In this document: piece by piece, positions 37,943 to 48,177 of the stretch
Position numbering within the stretch: position 1 is the stretch's first letter
Layout: every line of letters begins with the position of its first letter
Assembly: GCA_017502915.1 (NCBI GenBank)
Contig: JAFVUB010000003.1
Location: forward strand, 118,506 to 182,505
Reading direction: 5' to 3'
DNA from: Clostridia bacterium
GTDB lineage: Bacteria; Bacillota; Clostridia; Oscillospirales; CAG-272
DNA length: 64,000 bases
Notes under the pieces: generated by a model
Told to the model about the DNA's origin: nothing
Database searches by the model: none
What the model saw: the letters and a program-made list of their open reading frames with translations, nothing else
Program-made: the position numbers and the translations under genes

Positions 37943-38769
37943 TTCGAGGTCTTTTCGAGGATCTTATCAACCGCCGCGTCAAGATAATCGTTTTCCATAA
38001 GCTCTATCATGCCGCGGTCAACGAGGGCGGCGAGCTTGGGATCGATGGTAAGTCTTCCGAGCAGATCGTAGCCAAATCTCTCGGCAACCTCCTCGATGTG
38101 GCTGTCTCCGTAGATCTTATATTCCTTGCCGCAATCGGGGCACTTGAAATAGCTCATATTCTCAACCAGACCGAGAACCGGAACGTTCATCATCTGAGCC
38201 ATATTCGCCGCCTTTTCGACTATCATCGAAACGAGCTCCTGCGGGCTTGCAACGATGATTATTCCATCGAGCGGAATGGTCTGGAAAACGGTCAGCGGAA
38301 CGTCGCCCGTTCCGGGGGGGCAGTCGACGAACATATACTCAACGCCGTCCCAGATGACGTTCTGCCAGAACTGCTTGACCGTTCCGGCGATGACCGGTCC
38401 GCGCCAGATGACGGGGGTCGTCTCGTTCGGGAGAAGCAGGTTGGTTGACATAATATCTATTCCCGTCGTGCTTCTCGCCGGGAACATTCCGCGCTCGTCG
38501 CCCTCAACGCCCGACGAGATTCCGAACGCCTTGGGAATGGACGGTCCGGTTATATCGGCGTCAAGTATTGCGGCGTGCTTTTCTCGTCTCTGCATAAGAA
38601 CTGCCAGCATAGAGGTGACCAGCGATTTACCTACGCCTCCCTTTCCGCTGACAACGCCAATGACGTGCTTGACGCTGCTGAATTCATTTAAGGGCTCGAT
38701 GAGGCTCTCGGGCTTTCTCGATGCGCAATCCGACTTACAAGTCGAACAGTTGTGTGTACATTCTGACAT
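37939..38769 (-). CDS. Mrp/NBP35 Fe-S carrier ATPase
   Basis: N-terminal Cys cluster, SGKGGVGKS, DCPPGTGD, ENMS..CPDC. Confidence 0.93.
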   Translation of the reverse strand: MSECTHNCSTCKSDCASRKPESLIEPLNEFSSVKHVIGVVSGKGGVGKSLVTSMLAVLMQRREKHAAILDADITGPSIPKAFGISSGVEGDERGMFPARSTTGIDIMSTNLLLPNETTPVIWRGPVIAGTVKQFWQNVIWDGVEYMFVDCPPGTGDVPLTVFQTIPLDGIIIVASPQELVSMIVEKAANMAQMMNVPVLGLVENMSYFKCPDCGKEYKIYGDSHIEEVAERFGYDLLGRLTIDPKLAALVDRGMIELMENDYLDAAVDKILEKTSK

Positions 38770-38965
38770 TTTTATATCTCCTTTTAACATTTGAGCAAAT
38801 TAGCCATATTATTATACACCTTTACACACTATTTTTCAAGCGATTTGAGAAAATTCAGTAAATGTTCAATTATTTAACCGTTACCCCTTGAAATTTGACA
38901 AAAATCGGTTTATACTATATGCTGTATGATTATGTCAAATTATTTCTCAAGAGAGGTAACTTATT

Positions 38966-40612
38966 ATGGTTAAGAAACTCGAAAATCTCAAAGGGTTCGC
39001 CGGTGTTGAAGGTCCGGTGCTTACTATCGTTATGGACGGCGTCGGACTCGCTCCCGCCGGTGAGGGCAACGCCGTTGAGCGCGCCGTCACTCCCACTCTC
39101 GATATGCTTATGAAAAACTATCCCACCGTCAGCCTCAAGGCTCACGGAACTGCCGTAGGTCTCCCCTCGGACGACGATATGGGTAACTCCGAGGTCGGTC
39201 ACAACGCCCTCGGCGCAGGACAGGTCTTCGCTCAGGGCGCAAAGCTCGTTTCTCAGTCGATCGAGAACGGCAGTATGTTCGCCTCCGAGACCTGGAAGGC
39301 TCTGACCGAAAACGTCAAGACCTCGGGAACGCTTCACTTCCTCGGACTTTTCTCGGACGGTAACGTTCACTCTCACATAGATCACCTCAAGGCAATGATC
39401 GTAAAGGCAAAGGACGAGGGCGTCAAGTGCGTTCGCGTTCATATCCTGCTTGACGGCCGTGACGTTGGCGAGACCTCGGCTCTCGATTACATCCTTCCCT
39501 TCGAGGACTTTATGTCAGAGCTTCGCTCGGACGATTTCGATATCAAGATCGCATCGGGCGGCGGACGCATGAAGATCACTATGGACCGTTACGAGGCTGA
39601 CTGGAGCATGGTCGAGCGCGGCTGGCACACCCACGTTCTCGGAAACGGAGAGCAGTTTGCATCGGCTGCCGAGGCAGTACAATCCTATCGTGACCGCTTC
39701 CACGTTATAGATCAGGACCTTCCCCCCTTCGTTATTGCCGAGAACGGCGAGCCGATCGGTAAGATCGTTGACGGCGACAGCGTTATCTTCTTCAACTTCC
39801 GCGGCGACCGCTCTATCGAGATATCGAAGACGTTTGACAGCGAGGAGTTCACTCAGTTTGACCGTGTTGTAGCTCCCAAGGTCGTTTACGCCGGTATGCT
39901 TGAGTACGACGGCGATACTCACATCCCCTCGCGCTTCCTCGTTTCTCCCCCCACCATCAGCAACACTATGAGCGAATATCTCTGCGCCAGCGGAGTTGCC
40001 GAGCTTGCTATCTCCGAGACCCAGAAGTACGGTCACGTCACCTATTTCTGGAACGGAAACAACTCGGGCAAGTTCTCGGAGGAGCTTGAGACCTATATCG
40101 AGATCAAATCGGACGTCGTTCCCTTCGAGCAACGCCCCTGGATGAAGTGCGCCGACATCACCGACAAACTGATCGAATGCCTGCGCTCCGGCAAGTACCG
40201 CTATCTGCGCGTCAACTTCCCGAACGGAGACATGGTCGGTCACACCGGCAACCTCTGCGCCACCATCTGCTCGATGGAGGCTCTTGATCTTCAGCTCTCG
40301 CGCATCCTTCCCGTCATAGACGAGCTTCACGGCGCCGCCATTATAACGGCAGACCACGGTAACGCCGACGAGATGTACGAGACCGACAAGAAGACCGGCG
40401 CCCCCAAGGCAAACAAGGACGGCTCCTTCAAGTCCAAGACCAGCCACACCCTTAACCCCGTTCCCTGCATCATTTACGATAACTTCAGTGCCGATAAGTA
40501 CAGCGTCAAGTCGGGAAGCTTCGGCCTTTCCAACGTTGCCGCGACCACCGTTAACCTTCTCGGATACGAAGCCCCCGAAATGTGGGACGAGTCTGTAATT
40601 GAGGTAGAATAA
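38966..40612 (+). CDS. gpmI: 2,3-BPG-independent phosphoglycerate mutase
   Basis: MGNSEVGH, GNVHSH, DMVGHTG, TADHGN. Confidence 0.96.
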   Translation: MVKKLENLKGFAGVEGPVLTIVMDGVGLAPAGEGNAVERAVTPTLDMLMKNYPTVSLKAHGTAVGLPSDDDMGNSEVGHNALGAGQVFAQGAKLVSQSIENGSMFASETWKALTENVKTSGTLHFLGLFSDGNVHSHIDHLKAMIVKAKDEGVKCVRVHILLDGRDVGETSALDYILPFEDFMSELRSDDFDIKIASGGGRMKITMDRYEADWSMVERGWHTHVLGNGEQFASAAEAVQSYRDRFHVIDQDLPPFVIAENGEPIGKIVDGDSVIFFNFRGDRSIEISKTFDSEEFTQFDRVVAPKVVYAGMLEYDGDTHIPSRFLVSPPTISNTMSEYLCASGVAELAISETQKYGHVTYFWNGNNSGKFSEELETYIEIKSDVVPFEQRPWMKCADITDKLIECLRSGKYRYLRVNFPNGDMVGHTGNLCATICSMEALDLQLSRILPVIDELHGAAIITADHGNADEMYETDKKTGAPKANKDGSFKSKTSHTLNPVPCIIYDNFSADKYSVKSGSFGLSNVAATTVNLLGYEAPEMWDESVIEVE

Positions 40613-40613
40613 A

Positions 40614-41321
40614 TTGTCATATTTAACCGAGCTCCACTGTCACACCGGCGAGGTTAGCAACTGCGCCGGTGCGACGGCGGAGTTTGTCGTCGATAAATAC
40701 GTCGAGTCGGGTTACGACACGCTGGTCATAACAAACCATCTCAGCAGATATACCTTTAACGGATACCGCAAAAAATATCGCGGAGGCCCGTCCTGGGACG
40801 AGAAGCTCGACTTTTATATGAACGGCTTTAACGCTGTCTGTCGCTTGGGCAAGCGTCGTATAAACGTCATCTTGGGAGTTGAGCTCCGCCTCAACACCGA
40901 TGAAAACGACTATCTCATTTACGGAGTTGACGAGGTGTTTTTGCGCTCAAACCCCGATATTCTGGACATCAGTCTCAAAGAACTCGGCGAGCGCGTTCAC
41001 GGTGTGGGCGGTATGCTTTTTCAGGCGCACCCCTTCCGCAACGATATGAAGGTCGTTCGTCCCGAGTATCTTGACGGAATTGAGACCTTTAACGGTCACA
41101 ACACGCAGCTTTCTCGCAACGAGATCGCCCTGTCTTGGGCAGAGATGTTCGGACTGCAGGAGGTATCGGGCAGTGATTTCCACGATCCTCACCATATCCC
41201 ACTTGGCGGCATTCTGACCGATGAGCCGATAACCGATATGAACAGTCTTATGTCCGCGCTCAAAAGCGGTAATTATACCCCTATGCATCGAGGAAAAGAC
41301 CCGAAATCGCTGTTAGGATAA
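40614..41321 (+). CDS. PHP-domain metallophosphoesterase
   Basis: LHCHT, ITNH, AHPFR, GSDFH. Confidence 0.88.
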   Translation: MSYLTELHCHTGEVSNCAGATAEFVVDKYVESGYDTLVITNHLSRYTFNGYRKKYRGGPSWDEKLDFYMNGFNAVCRLGKRRINVILGVELRLNTDENDYLIYGVDEVFLRSNPDILDISLKELGERVHGVGGMLFQAHPFRNDMKVVRPEYLDGIETFNGHNTQLSRNEIALSWAEMFGLQEVSGSDFHDPHHIPLGGILTDEPITDMNSLMSALKSGNYTPMHRGKDPKSLLG

Positions 41322-41351
41322 GTTATATAACACGAAAGGACGTATTTCTCT

Positions 41352-42368
41352 ATGACCATTGACGCCATTAAAAGCGAGATCGCAAAGCGTCTTCGCGAGG
41401 TTCGCTCGGATTCGCTTGAGTTTGCCGACAGTGAGCATTTTTCCGATCTCAGACGCTTGACCGCCGATGCGCTCGGAGACGTATCCGCCGCTATGACGGT
41501 AGAGGAGCTTGAGGAGATAGACGGACTTTTGGTCAAGATAGAAAAATGCTGGAATCTTTGCAAGGAAGAGACTCTCGGCGAGGGATCGGACGACGTACTG
41601 TTTGATTTCGATTTCGAGCTCGACGATGACGAGTCGCAGGATGATGAGCCCGAAAAAAGCGACGAGCCGTCAGAGCCTCGTCAGGACATATCCTCGGACG
41701 TCAAAAAGCTCGAATCACTTTTCGATAAGCTCGACGGTACGGGCGGTAAGTTCAACGACCTCCGTCTTCGCTCTCTTTTCAAGCGTTCGGTCTCCGAGCT
41801 GGAGAGGGCAAACGACCGTCCGTCCCTCTCGATAGCCAGAAATCGCTATATTCGACGCTTTGAAAAGCTTGATTCGTCTATTCGTCGCCGCAACGATAAT
41901 ATTGCGGCAAAGCCCGATTTTGATGCCAAGCATCCTCCGGTAAGTCTCCGTCTACCCAACGTTGCGCGTCTCGTATTCGGAACGGTAGTCTTCGTCACGG
42001 CAGCCGTTTACGGCATCATTACCGCCACATCGAACCAAAACAGCTTTTATCTTTGGGACGAATGGGTATACGGCGTTGCAGGTGCGGGGCTCGTTTATCT
42101 GGTTCTGGGATTGGTTTACCAACTCGTATCCTGCGTAAAAAGCACCGCTGCGGTCCGTCGCATGAGCTTTTTCCGTTTGCTTCTCTCCCCGCTCGCTCTC
42201 GCGGGAGCCATCGCTCTGGGAAGCTTCCTTCCCCAGCTTGGTCTGCTTGGCTCTCTTATCGCGGCGTCTCCCTTGATGCTCGGCGGTATCGGCGTTTATA
42301 TCGCCTACCGTTTGAAGCTCAAAATGATAGTTAAACGAAAGCATCGCAAGGTCAAAAAAACCAAATAA
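41352..42368 (+). CDS. Hypothetical protein: acidic helical N-terminus plus about 4 TM C-terminus
   Basis: Long ORF with RBS GAAAGGA; no family recognised. Confidence 0.75.
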   Translation: MTIDAIKSEIAKRLREVRSDSLEFADSEHFSDLRRLTADALGDVSAAMTVEELEEIDGLLVKIEKCWNLCKEETLGEGSDDVLFDFDFELDDDESQDDEPEKSDEPSEPRQDISSDVKKLESLFDKLDGTGGKFNDLRLRSLFKRSVSELERANDRPSLSIARNRYIRRFEKLDSSIRRRNDNIAAKPDFDAKHPPVSLRLPNVARLVFGTVVFVTAAVYGIITATSNQNSFYLWDEWVYGVAGAGLVYLVLGLVYQLVSCVKSTAAVRRMSFFRLLLSPLALAGAIALGSFLPQLGLLGSLIAASPLMLGGIGVYIAYRLKLKMIVKRKHRKVKKTK

Positions 42369-42405
42369 AAAACAGTACAGCCACCTCGGTGGCTGTACTG
42401 TTTTT

Positions 42406-44550
42406 TCAGTTGAGCGTATCGTCGTCAAGGCTGAACATCGACTGAACGCGGGATGCAAGCTCGGGATGCGCGCCAAGCTCGGGGTCGTCTTCAAGCAGCT
42501 TCTTTGCCGCCGAAAACGCCGACGAAAGAACTCCGGCGTCATCGCAAAGATCGGCAAGCTTGAATTTAACGCCTCCGCTTTGGCGAATGGTTTCGTCCTC
42601 TCCTCCACGCAAAAAATCTCCGGGGCCGCGCATAGCAAGATCTCTCTCGGCTATGGCAAATCCGTCGTAGCATTCGTGCATCGTGTCAAGTCGCTGTCTC
42701 GCCGTTTCGCCGCACTGAGAGATATCGTCTCCGCCGTATACGAGTATACAGTATGACTTGCGGTTACCGCGCCCCACGCGTCCGCGAAGCTGGTGAAGCT
42801 GTGAAAGTCCGAACCTCTCGGCATTCTCAACTATCATAAGGCAGGCGTTCGGAACGTTGACTCCGACCTCAATAACAGTCGTTGACACAAGTATATGCGT
42901 TTTCCCCTCCGAGAAGCGCTTCATAACGGCATCCTTTTCCTTGCTCTTCAGCTTGCCGTGAACGAACTCGACCTTGTATTCGGGGAATTTTTGCCGTATC
43001 TCCTCGGCAAACTGAACGGCTGCTTTAAGCGGCGGCGCCGTATCCGGCAGGATACCGTCCTCGGCAAGCGACGAAAGCTCGACCTCATCGGCGGCGGTCT
43101 CTCTTTCCTCAACCGCAGGACAGACGATATATACCTGACCGCCCTCGTCGATATTCTTGCGGATAAATCCGTCAAGCCTTGCTCGATAGCTGCCGTCGAC
43201 CGCGAAGGTATCGACTCGCTTACGTCCGGGCGGCATTTCGTCTATGACCGACATATCGAGGTCTCCGTAAAGCGCGAGCGCCAGCGAGCGCGGTATCGGC
43301 GTTGCACTCATAACGAGCAGATGCGCTCTGCCTCCCTTTCCGGCAAGCGCGGCGCGTTGAAGCACGCCGAAGCGGTGCTGCTCGTCGGTCACGATGACTC
43401 CGGGCTCGGCAAACTCGACCCCGTCCGAGAGCAGAGCCTGTGTTCCGATAACTATACGCAGCTCGCCCGACGCCAGCGCCGCCTTCAGCTTTTCCTTTTT
43501 GGACGGCGTGGCGGCACCGATCAAAAGGTCGCAGGATATACCAAGTGACTTGAACATCGGCTCAAGGTCGGCAAAATGCTGTCTTGCAAGTATTTCGGTG
43601 GGCGCCATGAACGCCGCCTGACGTCCGCTCTGAACGGCAATAAGCATAGCCGCCGCCGCGCAGACCGTCTTACCGCTTCCAACGTCTCCGACGACTATAC
43701 GGTTCATGGGACAGTCGGTCGCCATATCCCGACGAATGTCGTCTATAACTCGGCTCTGAGCGCCGGTCAAGGGAAACGGCAGCTGTCTGAGGAGCGGCGT
43801 TATATCTCCCTTGTCGCACACAGGTGCGCCCGAGCGGCGAATACGCTTACGTGTCACCGAAATTCCGAGCGCAAAGGTAAAGAACTCGTCAAAAATGAGT
43901 CGTTTTTTTGCGGCGGCAAGAGAACGGTAGTTTTCGGGGGCGTGTATGTTCTTAAGAGCAAAATTCTTGGTGCAAAGACCGTACTCGATACGTATGGCGT
44001 TAGGCAGGTCGTCTGGTATCTCGGAGCCGCAAAGCGCCATAGCCTGCTCTATGTTTTCGCTTATCTGCTTCTGGGTGAGCCCCTCCGAAAGTCGATAGAC
44101 GGGCAAGAGGTCTCGCAGGGGTCTGTCGTCATACCACGGCTCGAAGGCGGGCGAGGACATTGCGAAGCGTCTGCCCACTCTCTCGACCTTTCCCCAGAAA
44201 CGGAAGGTGGAACCCAGCACAAACTTATCCTTCAGATAGTCCTGATTGAAAAAGGTTATCTCGGCAGTTCCGCTGTCATCGTAGGCTCGAAATTTAAGCA
44301 TAGACATATGCCGCGCGCGCAGACGGACACCCTTCGGCTCGGTGGCGACCGTGAGGATAACCGAATGCTTGATATCGGGATCGCTTATTTCGTCGAGAAG
44401 CTCAACGTTTCCTCGGTTCTCGTAGGCTCGGGGGTAATTGCAAAGAAGATCACCGACGTTGGCAATGCCCTGCTTGGCATACGACTGCGCCTTGACCGGC
44501 CCGACGCCTCTGAGCTTTGTTATCGGAGTCTCAAGAATATTGATCGCCAT
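42406..44550 (-). CDS. recG: ATP-dependent DNA helicase RecG
   Basis: GDVGSGKT, DEQHRFG, SATPIPR, LHQLRGRVGRG. Confidence 0.97.
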   Translation of the reverse strand: MAINILETPITKLRGVGPVKAQSYAKQGIANVGDLLCNYPRAYENRGNVELLDEISDPDIKHSVILTVATEPKGVRLRARHMSMLKFRAYDDSGTAEITFFNQDYLKDKFVLGSTFRFWGKVERVGRRFAMSSPAFEPWYDDRPLRDLLPVYRLSEGLTQKQISENIEQAMALCGSEIPDDLPNAIRIEYGLCTKNFALKNIHAPENYRSLAAAKKRLIFDEFFTFALGISVTRKRIRRSGAPVCDKGDITPLLRQLPFPLTGAQSRVIDDIRRDMATDCPMNRIVVGDVGSGKTVCAAAAMLIAVQSGRQAAFMAPTEILARQHFADLEPMFKSLGISCDLLIGAATPSKKEKLKAALASGELRIVIGTQALLSDGVEFAEPGVIVTDEQHRFGVLQRAALAGKGGRAHLLVMSATPIPRSLALALYGDLDMSVIDEMPPGRKRVDTFAVDGSYRARLDGFIRKNIDEGGQVYIVCPAVEERETAADEVELSSLAEDGILPDTAPPLKAAVQFAEEIRQKFPEYKVEFVHGKLKSKEKDAVMKRFSEGKTHILVSTTVIEVGVNVPNACLMIVENAERFGLSQLHQLRGRVGRGNRKSYCILVYGGDDISQCGETARQRLDTMHECYDGFAIAERDLAMRGPGDFLRGGEDETIRQSGGVKFKLADLCDDAGVLSSAFSAAKKLLEDDPELGAHPELASRVQSMFSLDDDTLN

Positions 44551-44653
44551 ACTGCACCTCCTCTCCCTTTTTTCACTGTTATAATTATACTCCGCCCCCG
44601 TCTCTTTGTCAAGTTAAAAAGCCTGCCGCAGACTTTCTCTGCGGCAGGTGCTT

Positions 44654-45415
44654 TTATTTTGCTGACTGCGAGGCAAAGCTTATCCCGATGGCGGTAAGCG
44701 TTGTGTTGTTCGCGCCGATCTTGACCTTTTCCCATTCGGACGGCGTGCCGTTGAAAACTATCTTTTTCAGGTCGTGGCAGTTGAGAAACGCCGCCGAGCA
44801 GATGCTTGAAATACCGCGACGGATCGTGTAGCTTTCCCCAGATTTTCCGGACGGATAAAGGATCAGAACGCTCTTGTCCTTGTTGAAAAGAACGCCGTCT
44901 ATGCTGCAGTAGCTTTCGTTTGCGGGATCGACGTTGACCGCCGTCAGAGAGGCGCAGTTCGCAAAGGCGCACTCCCCGATGCTTTTGACGTCGGCGGGTA
45001 TTTCGATGACCGAGACCGACGAGCCGTAAAAGGCGTAATCCCCGATGCGCGTCACAGTTTGCGGTATCTTCGCTCCCGTTAAGCTCTTGACGCCGATAAA
45101 GGCGGAGTCGCCGATAGCTACCACCCGATCTCCTTCCGGGCTTTCATCGGGGATCAGGATCTCGCTGTCACTACAGCTCCCGAGCCCTATCAGCTCACAG
45201 CTTCCGTCGCCAAGGCTCTTAAATTGCAATCCTTGGGACGACATAGGCAACACGACCTGCACCGACGGATCGGTCGTCTCAACGCCGTCAAGCGCACTGT
45301 CATTCGGTCCCTTTCCCGCCTGCGCCATACAGGCGGCGAGTGTCACCGCAAGACAGACGGCAAACACGATCGGCAGGCTCAGCAATACCGTCTTTTTCCA
45401 ATTCAAATTTTCCAT
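44654..45415 (-). CDS. BspA-type leucine-rich-repeat lipoprotein
   Basis: LAAC lipobox; IGxxAF repeats; YCSIDGVLFNKDK. Confidence 0.85.
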   Translation of the reverse strand: MENLNWKKTVLLSLPIVFAVCLAVTLAACMAQAGKGPNDSALDGVETTDPSVQVVLPMSSQGLQFKSLGDGSCELIGLGSCSDSEILIPDESPEGDRVVAIGDSAFIGVKSLTGAKIPQTVTRIGDYAFYGSSVSVIEIPADVKSIGECAFANCASLTAVNVDPANESYCSIDGVLFNKDKSVLILYPSGKSGESYTIRRGISSICSAAFLNCHDLKKIVFNGTPSEWEKVKIGANNTTLTAIGISFASQSAK

Positions 45416-45626
45416 ACTTCCTCCAAAATTCATATCCTAAAGTTTATCTTTCCCTCCGAAGAAATATTACCATATTTTTACAAATATGTCAATTATATTC
45501 ATTGGATTCGAGCCAAAAATCGTTCGACCCTTTTCGGGGTCTAACGGCAACGTGGCGCTATTTCCGACGGCAAGTACAAAAAGCTCAAAAATCTCGACCC
45601 GGGTGGCTCTAATTGCATAAAAATTC

Positions 45627-45655
45627 TTGACACTGCACAATAGTAATGATATAAT
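45627..45655 (+). promoter_or_regulatory. SigA promoter of MFS-GDPD-glyQS
   Basis: TTGACA-17 bp-TATAAT with extended TG. Confidence 0.85.
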
Positions 45656-45764
45656 ACATAAGAGTTTGTATGTTAAACCGTGTTGCAATAAATCGGCACG
45701 TTTTTGACATATACTAAAGATATGTCAACTGCGGCTCCTCCGCCGCACAAACGAAAGGAGAGTC

Positions 45765-47309
45765 ATGAAGCTCAATTATAAGCGAGTGTTTTTCGTCAGC
45801 CTTGCCTTCTTCCTCATAACTCTTTTCTGGCAGTGCTACGACACTCTGATACCCAAAATACTGACCGATAAATTCGGAATGTCTCAAACCCTTTCGGGCA
45901 TATTCATGGCGTTCGATAACGTCTTAGCTCTCTTTTTGCTTCCCGTTTTCGGAGCGATATCCGACAGAAGCCGTTTCAAGCTCGGAAAAAGGCTGCCCTT
46001 TATTCTGGTTGGAACGATAGTTTCCTGCGTACTCTTCGTTTCGCTGAGCTTTGCCGACTATTGGCAGCTGACGAACATCGAAAAGCTGCGCTCCGACGAT
46101 ACGTCGGCCGTAATGTCCGAGCTTTATCGTGCTGATCTCGGCGATATCAGTGACGAGATACGCGAAAAATACGCAACCGAGGAGGATTTTGCCAAGATAA
46201 GCGTTTATCAGCAGGACGATGCCGGAAACAACGTACTCACCAACGAATACAAAAATTACGTTATCCCCGCGCGTCAAGCCTACGCCTGGCAAAAAACTCT
46301 CCAAAATCCCGCGCCTATGATAGTATTCATCGTGATCCTTCTGTTCACACTGCTGGCGATGAGCGTCTACCGCTCTCCGGCGGTTGCACTTATGCCCGAT
46401 ATAACGCCAAAGCCGTTGCGCTCTAAGGCAAACGCCGTCGTCAGTATGATGGGCGGTATTGCCGGTGCGCTCGTGCTCTTCCTCGGCATGATATTCGGAA
46501 CCGACAAAAATGAGAATGCGCTTATGAGCTATACCGTCTTCTTCTCGGTCATAGCCGGACTTATGATAATTTCTCTCGTTATCCTTCTCTGCACCGTTAA
46601 AGAAAAGGCGTGGGCACAAGAAGCTCACGAGATCAGTCTTGAATACGGAATTGAGGACGAGGAAAAGGAGGAGGCCGCCAAAAACGGCGATCGCCACCTC
46701 TCTCGCGGTGAGCTTTGCTCGCTCATCCTACTGCTTCTCTCGGTCGCCCTGTGGTGGATTGGCTATAACTCCGTAACCTCGAAGTATTCGGTCTACGCTC
46801 CTCAAGTACTTGGCGTCGGTTTCAATACGACCTTGCTTGTCGCGTTGTTGGTCGCCTTCGTTGCCTTCGTTCCGGTTGCCGTTCTTTCCTCAAGGCTCGG
46901 AAGACGAAAGACGATCCTCTTCGGCATCACTCTGCTTGCAGCCTCCTTCTTTGCCGCGTCCTTCCTGCGAGCCGGTGCTCCCGAATGGATAATGTATCTT
47001 CTCTTCGGGTTTGCCGGAATAGGTTGGGCGGCGATCAACGTAAACAGCTTCCCTATGGTCGTTGAGCTTGCCACCGGAAGTGACGTCGGTAAGTATACCG
47101 GACTCTATTATACCGCAAGCATGGCGGCACAGGCCGTCGCTCCCGTTGTTGGCGGAGTATTCCTCGATTGGATCGGTATGGAGGTCCTCTTCCCCTTCGG
47201 TTTCGTTGCCGTTGCTCTTTCCTTCGTCACTATGCTATTCGTTCGTCACGGAGACGCAAAGCCCTTGATGAAGAAAAACCTGCTCGATAACATGGAGGAG
47301 ATCGACTGA
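45765..47309 (+). CDS. MFS transporter (SLC45/sugar-type)
   Basis: GAISDR...GKRLPFI, RSPAVALMPD, GRRKTI; about 12 TM. Confidence 0.9.
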   Translation: MKLNYKRVFFVSLAFFLITLFWQCYDTLIPKILTDKFGMSQTLSGIFMAFDNVLALFLLPVFGAISDRSRFKLGKRLPFILVGTIVSCVLFVSLSFADYWQLTNIEKLRSDDTSAVMSELYRADLGDISDEIREKYATEEDFAKISVYQQDDAGNNVLTNEYKNYVIPARQAYAWQKTLQNPAPMIVFIVILLFTLLAMSVYRSPAVALMPDITPKPLRSKANAVVSMMGGIAGALVLFLGMIFGTDKNENALMSYTVFFSVIAGLMIISLVILLCTVKEKAWAQEAHEISLEYGIEDEEKEEAAKNGDRHLSRGELCSLILLLLSVALWWIGYNSVTSKYSVYAPQVLGVGFNTTLLVALLVAFVAFVPVAVLSSRLGRRKTILFGITLLAASFFAASFLRAGAPEWIMYLLFGFAGIGWAAINVNSFPMVVELATGSDVGKYTGLYYTASMAAQAVAPVVGGVFLDWIGMEVLFPFGFVAVALSFVTMLFVRHGDAKPLMKKNLLDNMEEID

Positions 47310-48169
47310 TGGACTATTGGTATATCTGGTTTCCATCTGCCCTTTTGATACTGTTTGCCGTCTATCTTTTTCTCATCGTTCCCCGAAGCAAGCGAGCTCT
47401 TTCGCTACCTAAATTCGGATACGCGCACCGCGGTCTTTGGGACGCTGAGCTGCCTGAAAACTCACTGTCGGCGTTTCAAGCCGCCGTCGATTCGGGCTAC
47501 GGTATTGAAGCCGACGTTCGCCTGACGCGCGACGGCGTTGCCGTTATGATGCACGACAACGATCTTGCAAGAGTTTCGGGCGCTGCCGGTAAGGTATCTG
47601 AGCTCACCTATTCCGAGCTGCAAGAGTTTCGCATCGGCGGCAAGGAAAAGATACCGACTCTCGTTGAGATGCTCGAATTGGTTGACGGTCGGGTACCGCT
47701 TTTGATAGAGCTGAAGGGCGAAACGAAGGACACCTCGATCTGCGACATTGTCGCCCCTATTCTTGATAGCTACAAGGGTGAGTTCGTCGTCGAATCGTTT
47801 AACCCCGTACTGCTGCAGCGTATGAAAAAGCTTCGCCCCGAGATACGTCGAGGTCAGCTCACGAGCAAGCTACAGGACGGCGAAAAAAAGCGTACACTTG
47901 CCGCTATACTTTTTTTGATGCTGACCAACCTGCTTTCCCGCCCCGATTTTATAGCGTACCGTAAAGGCTTTTCAAAAAACCCGTCGCTCGTTTTGATATC
48001 TTGGATCTTTGGTGTCCGTCGGTGCGTCTGGACCGTCAAGTCGCTTGATGAGTACAACAGCTTAATCGCGCGAGGCGACTGCCCCATCTTCGACAGTATC
48101 CCGCCCGAGGATCGCGCTCGCTTTCAACCCTTGAAAAAACAAAAAATAAAAACATACAAAAACAAATAG
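47309..48169 (+). CDS. Glycerophosphodiester phosphodiesterase
   Basis: AHRG, PENS, IEADV, MHD, IELK. Confidence 0.92.
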   Translation: MDYWYIWFPSALLILFAVYLFLIVPRSKRALSLPKFGYAHRGLWDAELPENSLSAFQAAVDSGYGIEADVRLTRDGVAVMMHDNDLARVSGAAGKVSELTYSELQEFRIGGKEKIPTLVEMLELVDGRVPLLIELKGETKDTSICDIVAPILDSYKGEFVVESFNPVLLQRMKKLRPEIRRGQLTSKLQDGEKKRTLAAILFLMLTNLLSRPDFIAYRKGFSKNPSLVLISWIFGVRRCVWTVKSLDEYNSLIARGDCPIFDSIPPEDRARFQPLKKQKIKTYKNK

Positions 48170-48177
48170 GAGTAGTT

